Below the pieces are notes generated by a model that had not been told where the DNA came from, made no database searches, and was given only the letters and a program-made list of their open reading frames with translations. A stretch of 64,000 nt of DNA. Origin: Bacteroidales bacterium. GTDB taxonomy: Bacteria > Bacteroidota > Bacteroidia > Bacteroidales > SZUA-534. Position 1 is the stretch's first letter; the number at the start of each line of letters is the position of its first letter. Shown one piece after another: positions 8,022 to 18,934 of this stretch. A program made the translations under genes and the position numbers. The stretch spans positions 1,030 through 65,029 of the forward strand of contig JAZUEN010000038.1 in assembly GCA_045640185.1 (NCBI GenBank), read 5' to 3'.

Positions 8022-10595
8022 CTACTCTTCGTCCCACTCAATGACGAACCCCGACGATGCCGGCTTGGCCGCATTGTTGTCTGTCTTTATGGTTGTGTCG
8101 TTCTTGAACAACCCGAATTCCTTTTTCAGTATCTGCTTCACTTCCTGTTTCTGCTGCTGCATTTCCTGCCTGAATTGCTGCTTCATCTCCACCTTGTCGA
8201 ACCTGATTTTCGGTTTTCCGCCGGTACGGCTTGCGACGAGGTAAACTGACGTATGTTCGCCTGCATCGTCCTCCACTATGCCATAAGGCGTTGTCTGTTG
8301 CAGACGCTTTGCCTTGCCACGCATGAAGTCGCTCATTATCAATGCAAGATGATACTCGTAGTCGCCTGAAAACTTATGAGTTCCTGCCAAGGATATGTCA
8401 CACGCATTACATTCGATATTCATTTTAGGAATAAAGATATTGCCACCCGAAATGCTCATGTCGTTTGACAATGTGGAAAATTCGAGCGCCCTGAATTCAT
8501 CGATTTTTGTAAAATCGGCAATGCTGTTTGTCGCCTCAAGTCCATGCAGTTTTCCGTTGACAATCTTCAGCTTGCCGTCAAAGCTCACATGCTGTTTATC
8601 TACAGAATCGCCTGCGAATGGCAGTTGCAGCGAGAAGCTGGAGCTCAACTCTCCATCTACATTCTGGTAGGTTATGTAGGATTGACCGAAGTTGCCAAAT
8701 GTCGAGAACATCTGGTTTATATCGATATTCGAGACATTGCCCCTGCACGTCAGCAACCGTGGTGCGGAAATGCTGTAGCCGGCATTGGCATCGACACTGC
8801 CTCCAAGCGCGCTGAACTTCAGGCCGTCGACCGACACTTCGTTGCCCGCATAGCGCAATCGCCCTAGTATGTTGCTTGCATTGAAGCTGCCATAGGTAAA
8901 CTGCGAGAGAGTCATTCGCATGCTTACATTGTATGTGATTTTGGAATTGGGCTTTCCGCCTGCAAGCAACGGCGCAATCTGCCCGTAATCGACATTGGCG
9001 AAAGCGCACACGCCATCGACATGCATTGTAGGATAAGGCTCGACGACTGCCTTGAGCAAGTTGTCGATATTGACATTGAACGACACCGGCATATCACGCA
9101 ACTTGCCACTAACATCGATAAGGTTGAGCGAACTGCCTCGCAATATGGCCGTGCCTGTCACATTGTGAAGTTCGATGGCGCCGTCACTCGCATAGTCAGC
9201 CGACTTGACCTGTGCCTGGCATGCAGGATTCAGCTTCAGGAACGCAGGGACATCGAATTTACGGTTTACACTGGCAGGTCCGTGAGCGACAAAAGAGCCC
9301 TCGAACGAGCCTGACATTCTGCTCTTACCGTCGGCAAAGGCAAAGCGGTTCCACTCTTCAAGCCTTCCGCTCACCTGCAACGATGTATTGATGTAAGGTT
9401 TTGCCAGATTATCGACCCTGAAATCGCCCGACACCTTGCTGTGCTCGGTTTGCAGTTTCAAATCGGTAATGCTCACGTAAGATTTTGCGCTTCTTGACGC
9501 GCCTCCATTGTTGAACACTCCCTTCAGCCCTACCTGGGTAAAGGACAAGCCGTGCTTAGGGAATTCGACAGTTGCATTTTCCAGGCCGAATTTTGCCACA
9601 ATCAGAGGTGTGCTACGCTTGTCGAACTTGCCGTTGACGGTTGCGCTGAAATCGACAAGACCGGTACTGCGCACGTTTGGCTTCTCCTTGGTTGCCAATG
9701 TGAAATAGCGCAAGGCATTGGCCACCTCAATCCTCTGTCCGTTGATTTTCAGGTCGACATTGGCGTCATCCTTGAGCGACACGCTGCCTGTCATTTCCAA
9801 ATTCAAGCCTTTTGACGATAGCGTTCCTTCGCTGATGAGCAGGGTTTCGTTGTTGAATGCAAGGCTTGTACGTATCTGTGTGGGGGCCAATGGCACTATC
9901 TCGACATTGTTTGCCTCTATCCATTGCAGATTTACGGTTCCCTTGGTCTTCACCTCGAATTGTCCGTTGTTCAGCTGGCCTTCGGCCTCAAACGACGGCA
10001 TCACCCACTCAACGCCATTGCCCTTGTACTGGTTTTCGATCTGTATTATGCAATCGTTAAAACCTATATGCTCCAATTGGACAAGCATTTCCGCCGAGTC
10101 TGCCTTGGCTTTTTTTTCCTTCAGGATGTGGAAGTTGTCATTGCCCTTGCTGTCTATCAGTATATAGATGCGCCCGTCGCTGAACTTGACCGAGTTAAGT
10201 TCCAGCTCATTGTCGAACAGTTTCCGGGTATTGAACGAAAGCGACACTTTCCTGACCGACAGCAAAGTGTCGGCTGAAGTGTGGCTGAATCCGGAGTGGC
10301 TGAATCCGCGCTCTGGCGACATGACAGTCACTTTGTTCATCACTATTGACGCATACGGGAAGCTATTGATAAGCGACACATTTATTCCTTCGACCTGCAC
10401 AGGGGCGTTAAGCTCATTGTTGATTGCCTGAATGCCGTACTGCAGCAAGCGGTCCTTGAGCAAAATGGTGCAAGCCGCTATTGCGCCAGCCAGCAGCACT
10501 GCCACGACAAATATCCAAAGCAATATTTTAGCGATTATCCTATGCACCGTGTCAACTGTTTCTGCTGTTTCTGAACAAGACCTGCTTTTCCTCAT
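8022..10595 (-). CDS. AsmA/TamB-like envelope protein
   Basis: 857 aa with a single N-terminal TM (IIAKILLWIFVVAVLLAGAIAA), then a long beta-rich repetitive region. The family call is by architecture only. The 5' end overlaps the rhomboid gene by 44 nt, so the true start is uncertain. Confidence 0.55.
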   Translation of the reverse strand: MRKSRSCSETAETVDTVHRIIAKILLWIFVVAVLLAGAIAACTILLKDRLLQYGIQAINNELNAPVQVEGINVSLINSFPYASIVMNKVTVMSPERGFSHSGFSHTSADTLLSVRKVSLSFNTRKLFDNELELNSVKFSDGRIYILIDSKGNDNFHILKEKKAKADSAEMLVQLEHIGFNDCIIQIENQYKGNGVEWVMPSFEAEGQLNNGQFEVKTKGTVNLQWIEANNVEIVPLAPTQIRTSLAFNNETLLISEGTLSSKGLNLEMTGSVSLKDDANVDLKINGQRIEVANALRYFTLATKEKPNVRSTGLVDFSATVNGKFDKRSTPLIVAKFGLENATVEFPKHGLSFTQVGLKGVFNNGGASRSAKSYVSITDLKLQTEHSKVSGDFRVDNLAKPYINTSLQVSGRLEEWNRFAFADGKSRMSGSFEGSFVAHGPASVNRKFDVPAFLKLNPACQAQVKSADYASDGAIELHNVTGTAILRGSSLNLIDVSGKLRDMPVSFNVNIDNLLKAVVEPYPTMHVDGVCAFANVDYGQIAPLLAGGKPNSKITYNVSMRMTLSQFTYGSFNASNILGRLRYAGNEVSVDGLKFSALGGSVDANAGYSISAPRLLTCRGNVSNIDINQMFSTFGNFGQSYITYQNVDGELSSSFSLQLPFAGDSVDKQHVSFDGKLKIVNGKLHGLEATNSIADFTKIDEFRALEFSTLSNDMSISGGNIFIPKMNIECNACDISLAGTHKFSGDYEYHLALIMSDFMRGKAKRLQQTTPYGIVEDDAGEHTSVYLVASRTGGKPKIRFDKVEMKQQFRQEMQQQKQEVKQILKKEFGLFKNDTTIKTDNNAAKPASSGFVIEWDEE

Positions 10596-11442
10596 CGGTC
10601 AGGCCATTGTATCCCGATTTTGCTATCTTCTCCAAAATGTCATCGATTTTCTTTTGCTCGTCGTGCTTGCGCTTGTTGTAGTCGTAGTCGGTTTCAGTCC
10701 GGCCGTATGTGACTTTCATTTTGGGGCGGGGCTTGAATAGTGTGACAATGGCGTCGATAATCTTGCCGGCCCAAGATGCGATATCGACATTCTTGCGCAG
10801 GAAAACTATGTACAACACGCCGAAGACGGCGCCACCCATGTGGGCTATGTGGCCGCCGGCATTGCCGTCGTCGAGCAAGGCCAAATCGGATATTACGGAA
10901 AGCGCCGCAATCCACTTAATATTAACTTGCCCAAGAAACATTACATAGACCGTGTAGTTTGGCACGTAGACGGCAATTGCCAGAACTATGGCATACACTG
11001 CGGCGGATGCACCCATTGCGCTTGCGTAAGTTGCATCGAATGCGGGGAACACGTTGTATGACAATATGAACGCGAGCGCTCCTGCCAAACCGCCACACAG
11101 ATACACATTCAGCAGCTGGCGGTCGGTGAAATACTCGAGGAATATCCGCCCGAACCAGAAGAGCCACAACAAGTTGAACAGTATGTGCAAGAATCCCTGA
11201 TGCAGAAACATATATGTAGCCACGCCCCAAGGATGAGTCAATCCAAGACGACTGCCAGAATATACCGACAATGCGCTTACGAGCGGATTCACCATGTCGA
11301 TGTTGAACAGCATCCCCACTATATCGACCAGCTTGACCAGCACAAACACGGCCAAATTGATGTAGATGAGCTTGTTCAGCATATTCCCGTTCTTGTACGC
11401 TGAAAACAAGTTGCTTATGGTCCGTTTCACATCTGAAGCCAT
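10552..11442 (-). CDS. rhomboid family intramembrane serine protease
   Basis: Multi-TM protein. Motifs FLHQGFLHILFNLLWLFWFG (HxxxxHxxxN), GASAAVYAIV (GxSxx) and HMGGAVFG (His). Confidence 0.85.
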   Translation of the reverse strand: MASDVKRTISNLFSAYKNGNMLNKLIYINLAVFVLVKLVDIVGMLFNIDMVNPLVSALSVYSGSRLGLTHPWGVATYMFLHQGFLHILFNLLWLFWFGRIFLEYFTDRQLLNVYLCGGLAGALAFILSYNVFPAFDATYASAMGASAAVYAIVLAIAVYVPNYTVYVMFLGQVNIKWIAALSVISDLALLDDGNAGGHIAHMGGAVFGVLYIVFLRKNVDIASWAGKIIDAIVTLFKPRPKMKVTYGRTETDYDYNKRKHDEQKKIDDILEKIAKSGYNGLTDEEKQVLFRNSRNS

Positions 11443-11443
11443 A

Positions 11444-14053
11444 CTATATTCCGGTTATACGTTTAATGTCGTTTAGTTTATTTAACGCTTCAATTGGCGT
11501 AAGATTGTCGATGTCGAGATTTTTTATCTGGTCACGGATTTCTTTCAGCACAGGGTCATCGAGCTGGAAGAAGCTCAATTGCAATCCTTCGCCGCCACTT
11601 GTCTTTCCCACCTCAGAGTCCGAATTGCGGCGTGACCTTTCAAGGTCGGCAAGAATCTTCTCGGCCCTGTTCACAACGCTGTTCGGCATTCCAGCCATGC
11701 GAGCGACGTGTATGCCGAAGCTGTGATTGCTTCCGCCGGGGACAAGCTTGCGCAGGAACAGCACCTTCTTATCGACTTCGCGCACCGAAACATTGAAGTT
11801 CTTCACTCGCTCAAACGACCTTTCCATTTCGTTAAGTTCGTGATAGTGAGTGGCAAACAACGTCTTTGCCCTATATTTTGGATGATCGTGGATATATTCG
11901 ACAATAGCCCATGCAATGCTTATGCCATCGTATGTCGACGTGCCTCTGCCAAGTTCGTCGAGCAGGATAAGGCTACGTTCGCTGATGTTGTTCAATATGC
12001 TTGCGGCCTCGTTCATCTCCACCATGAAAGTCGATTCGCCAACTGATATGTTGTCAGATGCGCCCACACGGGTGAACACGCGGTCGATGAAGCCGAAATG
12101 CGCCGACTGTGCAGGCACATACGACCCTATCTGGGCCAGCAGCACTATCAATGCCGTTTGGCGCAGCAATGCCGATTTTCCGGCCATGTTCGGGCCTGTT
12201 ATTATTATTATCTGCTGGTCGTCGTCGTTCAGCAGCACATCGTTTGACACATATTCCTCGCCAGGCTGCATCTGTGTTTCAATTACAGGGTGACGACCCT
12301 GCCTGATCTCGAACACGCGGCTGTCGTCGACTATAGGCCGGCAATAATTGCGGACCTGAGCAGTTGTCGCAAACGACAGCAGGCAATCGACTTTCGACAA
12401 CAGGCTTGCATCAAGCTGAATGGCAGAGACAAATTCAGACACTGTGAAAATCAAGTCGCTGTATATTTTCTGCTCAAGCGCCAGAATCTTCTCTTCGGCG
12501 CCCAGAATCTTCTCCTCGTACTCCTTCAGCTCCGGAGTTATGTAGCGTTCGGCGTTTACCAGAGTCTGCTTGCGGATCCAATCTTCAGGGACCTTGTCCT
12601 TATGCGGGTTGCGCACTTCGATATAATAGCCGAACACGTTGTTGAAGCTGATTTTCAACGACGGAATGCCGGTAAGCTCGCTCTCGCGTTGCTGAATTTC
12701 AATCAGGTAGTCCTTGCCCGAGTAGGCGATATGGCGCAGCTCGTCGAGTTCGGCATTCACGCCATCGCTGATGACGCCGCCCTTTGCCACCTGCACTGGC
12801 GGATCGGCACAAATCTCACGCTCGATGCGCTGGCACACCGACGCACACGGATTCAGCTGCTCGCCGACAGTTTGCAATGCCGGCACGCCCGATTGCTCGC
12901 ATATCTGCTTTATTGGCGCAATTGCCTTCAAGGCATTTTTCAGAGCCAGCATTTCGCGAGGGTTGATGCGGTTGAACGTCACCTTGCTGATGAGGCGTTC
13001 AAGGTCGCCGACATTTTTCAGCTCCGATTCAAGGTTTGCCTTGACTTCGGCGTTTTCGATAAAATGGGTGGCTATCTGCTGACGCTCGTTTATGGCAGTC
13101 ACGTTCTTCAGTGGCAGCGACATCCAGCGTTTCAGCATGCGCGAGCCCATTGGCGTCAACGTGTTGTCGATTATGTCGATAAGGCTATGGCCATCTTCGT
13201 TTAACGGGCTGAATATCTCTAGATTGCGGAACGTGAACCGGTCTATCCACACATATTCGTCTTCAGCGATACGCTGTATTGACGTTATGTTGCCAATCTG
13301 CGTGTGCTGCGTAATGTCGAGATAGTAGAGTATGGCGCCGGCCGCTATTGTTCCAAGAGTCTGCTTGTCGATGCCAAAACCTTTCAGCGACTGTGTCTGG
13401 AAGTGCTTTAGCAGCCGGTCAGTCGCGGCTTGTTCTGAAAACACCCACTCGTCAATGGCATAAATGTAGAATCCCATTCCAAAGGTATCTTGTATGAGCT
13501 CCTTCAATCCACGTTCATACAAGACCTCCTTTGGCCGGAAACTCTGGACAAGCTTGTTTACATAGTCGATTGTACCTTCGGCCACGTAGAACTCACCTGT
13601 CGATATGTCGAGGAACGACACGCCCGCCAGCTTCTTCTCGATGTAGACCGATGCGAGGAAGTTGTTCTCCCTGTTCTCGAGTATGTTGTCGCTTGTCGAT
13701 ACGCCCGGTGTGACAAGTTCGGTGACACCCCGCTTAACAAGCGTCTTGCACAGTTTCGGATCTTCAAGCTGCTCGCAGATGGCAACTCGCTGCCCAGCCC
13801 TTACAAGCTTGGGCAAATATGTGTCGAGTGCATGGTACGGGAACCCGGCCAAATCGACCGATGAGGCCGATCCGTTGGCGCGCTTTGTAAGCGTAATGTT
13901 CAATATTTTAGAAGCCTTGATGGCATCGTCGGCAAACGTCTCGTAAAAGTCGCCAACCCTGAACAGCAATATGGCGTCGGGATGCTTGGCCTTTATCTGG
14001 TTGTACTGATCCATCAAAGGAGTCTTTGTCGATGAAGAACTTTCTTTTGCCAC
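11444..14053 (-). CDS. mutS: DNA mismatch repair protein MutS
   Basis: [31 protein letters not shown]-terminus, Walker A GPNMAGKS, and [15 protein letters not shown] start. Confidence 0.97.
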   Translation of the reverse strand: MAKESSSSTKTPLMDQYNQIKAKHPDAILLFRVGDFYETFADDAIKASKILNITLTKRANGSASSVDLAGFPYHALDTYLPKLVRAGQRVAICEQLEDPKLCKTLVKRGVTELVTPGVSTSDNILENRENNFLASVYIEKKLAGVSFLDISTGEFYVAEGTIDYVNKLVQSFRPKEVLYERGLKELIQDTFGMGFYIYAIDEWVFSEQAATDRLLKHFQTQSLKGFGIDKQTLGTIAAGAILYYLDITQHTQIGNITSIQRIAEDEYVWIDRFTFRNLEIFSPLNEDGHSLIDIIDNTLTPMGSRMLKRWMSLPLKNVTAINERQQIATHFIENAEVKANLESELKNVGDLERLISKVTFNRINPREMLALKNALKAIAPIKQICEQSGVPALQTVGEQLNPCASVCQRIEREICADPPVQVAKGGVISDGVNAELDELRHIAYSGKDYLIEIQQRESELTGIPSLKISFNNVFGYYIEVRNPHKDKVPEDWIRKQTLVNAERYITPELKEYEEKILGAEEKILALEQKIYSDLIFTVSEFVSAIQLDASLLSKVDCLLSFATTAQVRNYCRPIVDDSRVFEIRQGRHPVIETQMQPGEEYVSNDVLLNDDDQQIIIITGPNMAGKSALLRQTALIVLLAQIGSYVPAQSAHFGFIDRVFTRVGASDNISVGESTFMVEMNEAASILNNISERSLILLDELGRGTSTYDGISIAWAIVEYIHDHPKYRAKTLFATHYHELNEMERSFERVKNFNVSVREVDKKVLFLRKLVPGGSNHSFGIHVARMAGMPNSVVNRAEKILADLERSRRNSDSEVGKTSGGEGLQLSFFQLDDPVLKEIRDQIKNLDIDNLTPIEALNKLNDIKRITGI

Positions 14054-14361
14054 GTCCTTAATTTTTATAGATACGGCAAATCTAATTATTACGATACGAA
14101 ATGGCCTGTCGCCCCGCCCCCATTTTTTAAACGTTTTTTAACAATTCAGCCAATCTTTTGCCGTCAACATGCATTGATTTCCATACTAGCGCGAAGCTTC
14201 AACCACAATTCGGGATACAATGCCTGCTTTAAGGCATTTAAACACAGGATATCAAAAACATATCCTAGCCGAGCAAAGTCGCAAGACTTAGTTAGCGTGG
14301 GCTAACCTGTCTATCGCATTTCGGAATAGTTATTTATCTTCGCAAAAAAACAAGTCCAAAA

Positions 14362-15933
14362 ATGAAAAAGCCGGTAAAAATCACTCTGATTACGCTAAGT
14401 GCGCTAATTATGGCAATCATTGCATTTATAGTTCTCTCATTTTATGTAGCTTTCAGCGTGTTAAGCGAAGAAGTGCCACAGTCCATCATACAGGAGGCAA
14501 CCACCGTAACCGACGACGGCAGCCACCTTGAGGCACCCGAGTGGAAGATTGGGAAAGCAACCTTACGCGGGAAAATATATGGCCTAAAACTCATCAGGCA
14601 AATCGACCCAAATGCCAGTGTAGCCGTGTACGTCAACAATCCGATAAGCAGAATTCAGGAAACGTATGCCGTGCACGTTGCCGACGACGGGGCCTTTCAG
14701 TGCGACATTCCGCTGACCTGCAATCGCCAAACGGCATATTTCGGGTTCCGTGGCATATGCAGAGTGTTGCTTGCTATCGGTGATACGACAGAAGTCAACG
14801 TTGACTGCAACTTAAAGACGCTGTTTAAGTCTGGCGGGCCGAAACTCTATTTCAGCGGAGCCAATTCCGACTTGAACAATGCCATGCAACTGCCCCGATT
14901 CAATAATGCATGTATGGCAATGGCCAGTTACCGCGGTTTCCGTGGCACCACGTCGGAATACAGAGACTCGGTCTATGCCTATTTGCGTTCGTTTTGCGAC
15001 ATCATAGAGTCGCTGAATGTCACAACACGTGCAAAGGAATATCTTGCCGTATTGGCAAAAGTCCAATCCTTGGATGAACTGTCGCGTTACTGCATCGACC
15101 CGATGTTCGACTACGACACAGCCATTGTACGTCCTGAATTTAAAAGCGAGTATTTCAACTACGTGTCCGACTGGCAACTCGACAACCCGTTGTTGTTTTA
15201 TTCCGAAGAGTTCGCCGACCTTGTATATTGCACAAACCGCTCCATTGAGCAGATGTTCGGGCATGGCGATGAAGGCACAGGAAAAGCCGACAGCCTGAAG
15301 GCCGAGTTGATTGGTGGCGACGGCAAACTTTTCCACGATTTGTATGTGTGCCACAGCCACTTCGGATATGCCTGGAACAAGACGTTGGTTCCCGACAGCG
15401 TTGTAGAAATGGTGTCGCAACTGCAAGACCCGTTCTACGCCGAATATTTCAGACGATATAATGCCGAAATTTTGGAAAGTCAGGAAAAAGAAAAATTGCG
15501 TGGTGGCTATTGGCGACACGTCGATGGCGAAAGTCCTGCTGATTCCATTCTTGTAGAGTTGGTGAAAGACTACAAAGGCAACCTGGTGCTAATCGATTTT
15601 TGGGCTACCTGGTGCGGTCCGTGCCTTGAAGCAATCAAAATGTCGAAGGAAACAGTCAGCGACTTGTCGCAAAAAGGGATGGTGTTCCTGTACCTCACCG
15701 ACGAGACCTCGCCCGAAGACTTATGGAATAAGTGCAAAGAGCAGATAGGCGGCGTACATTTCAGAATGAGCAGTTCCGAACTGAATGTGCTTAAGCAGAA
15801 GTTCGCAATCAGTGGCATACCCGACTATGTACTCATCGACAAGGACGGCTTTGCGACGAAAACCCAAAACGCCTACTATATGAGGCAGAAATTTGAGTCG
15901 ATGCTGAACGACACCGCACCAGCCAGCAACTAG
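14362..15933 (+). CDS. TlpA-family thiol:disulfide oxidoreductase with a large N-terminal domain
   Basis: N-terminal TM, and a C-terminal thioredoxin fold with LIDFWATWCGPC. Paralogous to 29749-31806. Confidence 0.8.
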   Translation: MKKPVKITLITLSALIMAIIAFIVLSFYVAFSVLSEEVPQSIIQEATTVTDDGSHLEAPEWKIGKATLRGKIYGLKLIRQIDPNASVAVYVNNPISRIQETYAVHVADDGAFQCDIPLTCNRQTAYFGFRGICRVLLAIGDTTEVNVDCNLKTLFKSGGPKLYFSGANSDLNNAMQLPRFNNACMAMASYRGFRGTTSEYRDSVYAYLRSFCDIIESLNVTTRAKEYLAVLAKVQSLDELSRYCIDPMFDYDTAIVRPEFKSEYFNYVSDWQLDNPLLFYSEEFADLVYCTNRSIEQMFGHGDEGTGKADSLKAELIGGDGKLFHDLYVCHSHFGYAWNKTLVPDSVVEMVSQLQDPFYAEYFRRYNAEILESQEKEKLRGGYWRHVDGESPADSILVELVKDYKGNLVLIDFWATWCGPCLEAIKMSKETVSDLSQKGMVFLYLTDETSPEDLWNKCKEQIGGVHFRMSSSELNVLKQKFAISGIPDYVLIDKDGFATKTQNAYYMRQKFESMLNDTAPASN

Positions 15934-15936
15934 CCA

Positions 15937-15962
15937 CCGGGGAAAACACCTCCGGACTTTTC
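15937..15962 (+). terminator. possible intrinsic terminator after the TlpA-family gene
   Basis: ccgggg-aaaacac-ctccgg stem with one G-U pair, followed by acttttc. Confidence 0.4.
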
Positions 15963-16120
15963 AAATGCCGTCGGTTGATAAGTTGTTTTAACCGCACTGA
16001 AAATCACTTATGAAGCAACGTATTTTTATGCTTGGATTATGATGCTTTGGCACAAACCGATGCAGAGTGCGCCAAACATCATTTACCAGACAAGTAAACG
16101 TAAAAAATCAAAACGTAAAT

Positions 16121-17146
16121 ATGTTGAAAAGCAATAAGATATTGATAATTGTGGCAGTTACCGGACTGACTGCCTGCGTACCGTCACGGCAATTTCAGGA
16201 ACTGAAGGAAAAGAACGTGGCCATTTGCAACGAACGCGACTCGGTGAAAAGCCTGAATGAGGATTTAACAGTCAAGACCACCGAACTTGAGGCCGAAGTG
16301 GACGAGCTCAACAAAAAACTCGCTTCCGAGGCCAGCAATAAGGCTGTTGTGCGCGATTCAGCGCAATTCTACAAAAAGCAATACAAGGTATTCAAAACCA
16401 TGTATGACGACCTCAGCGACGAACAGGAAAAACAGACCACAAGCAACGAGAACGAGTTGCGTCAACTTATGGCCGACCTTCAAGTCACCAAGCAGGACCT
16501 GCTCGAAAAAGAGCGCGACCTGAAGGCCAAGCAGCAGGAACTCGACGAACGTGACGCCATTCTGGTGGCTCTCGACTCGAATCTGAATATGCAACGTCGC
16601 GAACTTGCCGAAAAAAACCGTCGAGTCCAGGAACTGGAAAACATCCTGAGCCAGAAAGATTCTTCAGTAAGGGCCTTGAAGCAAAAAATCAGTCAGGCCC
16701 TGCTAGGCTTCGAAGATAAGGGGCTGACAGTTGAGCAACGCAACGGAAAAGTCTATGTGACAATGGACGAAAAGCTTCTGTTCAAGTCTGGAAAATGGGA
16801 TGTCGACCCGAAAGGACAAGCGGCCATCAAGCAAATTGCAAGCGTGTTGGCCAACAACACCGACGTAAACATTATGATTGAAGGCCACACCGACGATGTG
16901 CCGATGAAAGGCACAGGCGACATCCAGGATAACTGGGACTTGAGTGCGAAACGCGCCACCTCAATTGTCAAGCTGCTCATTGCCGATGGCAAGATTGACG
17001 CGAAACGCGTCTCAGCCGCAGGACGCTCGCAATACGCCCCTATCGACCCTGCCAAGACTGCAGAGGCCCGCGCAAAGAACCGCCGTACCGAGATTATCCT
17101 CACACCAAAACTTGACGAGATATTCAAGATTCTGGAAACCAATTAA
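16121..17146 (+). CDS. OmpA-family lipoprotein with a long coiled coil
   Basis: The start is set at MLKSNKILIIVAVTGLTAC (lipobox). A central heptad-rich region is followed by a C-terminal OmpA-like motif IEGHTDDVP...NWDLSAKRATSIV. Confidence 0.85.
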   Translation: MLKSNKILIIVAVTGLTACVPSRQFQELKEKNVAICNERDSVKSLNEDLTVKTTELEAEVDELNKKLASEASNKAVVRDSAQFYKKQYKVFKTMYDDLSDEQEKQTTSNENELRQLMADLQVTKQDLLEKERDLKAKQQELDERDAILVALDSNLNMQRRELAEKNRRVQELENILSQKDSSVRALKQKISQALLGFEDKGLTVEQRNGKVYVTMDEKLLFKSGKWDVDPKGQAAIKQIASVLANNTDVNIMIEGHTDDVPMKGTGDIQDNWDLSAKRATSIVKLLIADGKIDAKRVSAAGRSQYAPIDPAKTAEARAKNRRTEIILTPKLDEIFKILETN

Positions 17147-17147
17147 T

Positions 17148-17213
17148 GACATAAGTCACAAATCAAAAGACATAAGGCAAATTTGAAATATTAAATGTGA
17201 ATTTAAATCCTAA
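17148..17213 (+). repeat. dispersed intergenic element, copy A (upstream of deoC)
   Basis: Doubled gacataag word, then the 34-nt core aatttgaaatattaaatgtgaatttaaatcctaa (17180-17213). The core is 32/34 identical to the reverse complement of 21783-21816. Confidence 0.8.
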
Positions 17214-17219
17214 ATAAAT

Positions 17220-18104
17220 ATGGACTTTCTGAAAAATTATCCAATGCCATTTTCGGCAGACGACATAGAGCAAAAGGTTTATGAAGCAAAGACAAGGTCG
17301 AAGCAGATGTTTGATGTTGAACATCTGAAACTGGCCTTGAGCCTCATCGACCTGACAACACTGAATTCAGTCGACACACAGGAAAAAGGCGCTCGTTTTG
17401 CCAACAACGTCAACAACTTCAGCGACAAGTTCCCTGGCTTGCCCGATGTCGCCGCCATTTGCGTCTATCCGTCATTGGTAAAAACAGTAGCCACCACATT
17501 GAAGCGCCCAGGCGTTGGAGTGGCATCTGTAGCAGCCTGCTTCCCTGCATCGCAGTCGTTCATTGAGGTTAAGACGCTCGAGTGCAAGATGGCTGTCGAG
17601 GCTGGTGCCACCGACATCGACATAGTAATATCGCAAGGTGCCTGGCTTGCCAACGACTATCAGACTGTCTTCGACGAGATAAAGGCAATCCGCAAGGCCG
17701 TAGGCAACGCCCACCTGAAAGTCATTCTTGAAACAGGCGTGCTACGTTCGGTTGAGGATATCTGGAACGCCAGCATTGTGGCAATGGAAGCAGGCGCCGA
17801 CTTCATAAAGACATCGACAGGAAAACTTGAGCCAGCCGCTACGCCACAGGCCATCTGCGTCATGTGCGAGGCAATAAAGGCCTATGCAGCCAAGACTGGC
17901 CGCAAGGTAGGCATAAAGCCCGCAGGCGGAATGTCGGTTTCTGAGGATGCATTGCTTTATATGGCCGCTGTTGAGAACATTCTAGGCCAGGAATGGATGA
18001 ACAACAAGATGTTCCGTTTGGGCGCAAGCCGTATGGCCAACAACATACTGAAAGACATTGTCAGCATCGAATCTGGCAAGGTTCAGGAGGTCAAGTATTT
18101 CTAA
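17220..18104 (+). CDS. deoC: deoxyribose-phosphate aldolase
   Basis: DeoC-type TIM barrel. DLTTLN near the N-terminus and the Schiff-base lysine context FIKTSTGK. Confidence 0.85.
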   Translation: MDFLKNYPMPFSADDIEQKVYEAKTRSKQMFDVEHLKLALSLIDLTTLNSVDTQEKGARFANNVNNFSDKFPGLPDVAAICVYPSLVKTVATTLKRPGVGVASVAACFPASQSFIEVKTLECKMAVEAGATDIDIVISQGAWLANDYQTVFDEIKAIRKAVGNAHLKVILETGVLRSVEDIWNASIVAMEAGADFIKTSTGKLEPAATPQAICVMCEAIKAYAAKTGRKVGIKPAGGMSVSEDALLYMAAVENILGQEWMNNKMFRLGASRMANNILKDIVSIESGKVQEVKYF

Positions 18105-18118
18105 CAAATTAAGTCTGT

Positions 18119-18742
18119 ATGGCATTCCCGCGGGATCAGAATTATTCTGTCCCGCTTTTTTTGCTCAACCATTTGCCGAATGTAAATCATATCACTATGG
18201 ACGCAAACGACCAACTTGACAACTACGAAATAGAGTTATACAAAACCCTGCACTCGTTTTTGCTTGAGCACAAAGAGGTTGATCCTGTCAAGCCTGACGC
18301 TCCCGACTTGGATGGCATCTGGCTCAAGATCTGCCAATCGTACATACCCGATGGTGTGCGCGAGTTTGCCAAATACCCTATCGCATCGCTCGGCTGGATG
18401 ATGTACACAGGTATGGCGCTTGCCCGCTTTTGGGACATCGACTGGGCTACATACAGCGCCGACCCCGACCTTTACCTGTATCTGCGCGACAAACGTGGCT
18501 TTGACCATATGGACGAGTACATTAGCGAGGAGGTGCTTGGCCTTGCCGATGCCGATGCCCAAAAGTTGCAAAAACTGGTTGAATCTGTGGCAGAACTGGC
18601 CCATAATGCCCTGCTTAAGGAAGGGTTTGAACCTTGCACCCAAATCGCATTTCTGGCCTTTGTCCGCACCCTGCACCAAATGTACATTGCCGGCTTGGCC
18701 GTTCAACTGCTACGCATGGGCTACAAAATGCGCAAGTTATAG
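18119..18742 (+). CDS. hypothetical protein
   Basis: Clean ORF with no recognisable motif. There is an alternative ATG at 18197 (MDANDQL...). Confidence 0.55.
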   Translation: MAFPRDQNYSVPLFLLNHLPNVNHITMDANDQLDNYEIELYKTLHSFLLEHKEVDPVKPDAPDLDGIWLKICQSYIPDGVREFAKYPIASLGWMMYTGMALARFWDIDWATYSADPDLYLYLRDKRGFDHMDEYISEEVLGLADADAQKLQKLVESVAELAHNALLKEGFEPCTQIAFLAFVRTLHQMYIAGLAVQLLRMGYKMRKL

Positions 18743-18934
18743 TGACATAGGCGGTTGCCGATTTGCGAAATGGCGAACCCACAGTTTGGTAAGCACTTAA
18801 CTGAAAGACCGCGTAGCATTAAAAGTCTGTCTTTACCTCAACCATAAAGGCTAAAAATGGTAATAAAAAAGTGGCTGCGTCGTTATTTTGGCACAGCCAC
18901 TTTCCTTTATCATTATTATTGAAAGTTACCTAAC

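Noticed and set aside
10552-10595. 44-nt overlap between the rhomboid gene's 3' end and the AsmA-like gene's 5' end, as a possible recoding or coupling signal
   Set aside because: It is most simply explained by an over-extended start call for the AsmA-like ORF. The first TM segment begins about 20 codons in, and no slippery sequence is evident.
12290-13204. 304-aa plus-strand ORF, with several shorter ones, inside the mutS region
   Set aside because: It lies entirely antisense to a motif-rich, full-length mutS. The translation is Arg/Leu/His-rich with no recognisable motif, which is typical of a shadow ORF in moderately GC-rich coding DNA.
14085-14100. Repeated ATTACGA(A/T) words in several spacers (14085-14100, 43541-43563, 48520-48550)
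   Set aside because: The words are short, AT-rich and inconsistently oriented relative to neighbouring genes. Without a genome-wide count I cannot distinguish them from compositional chance.
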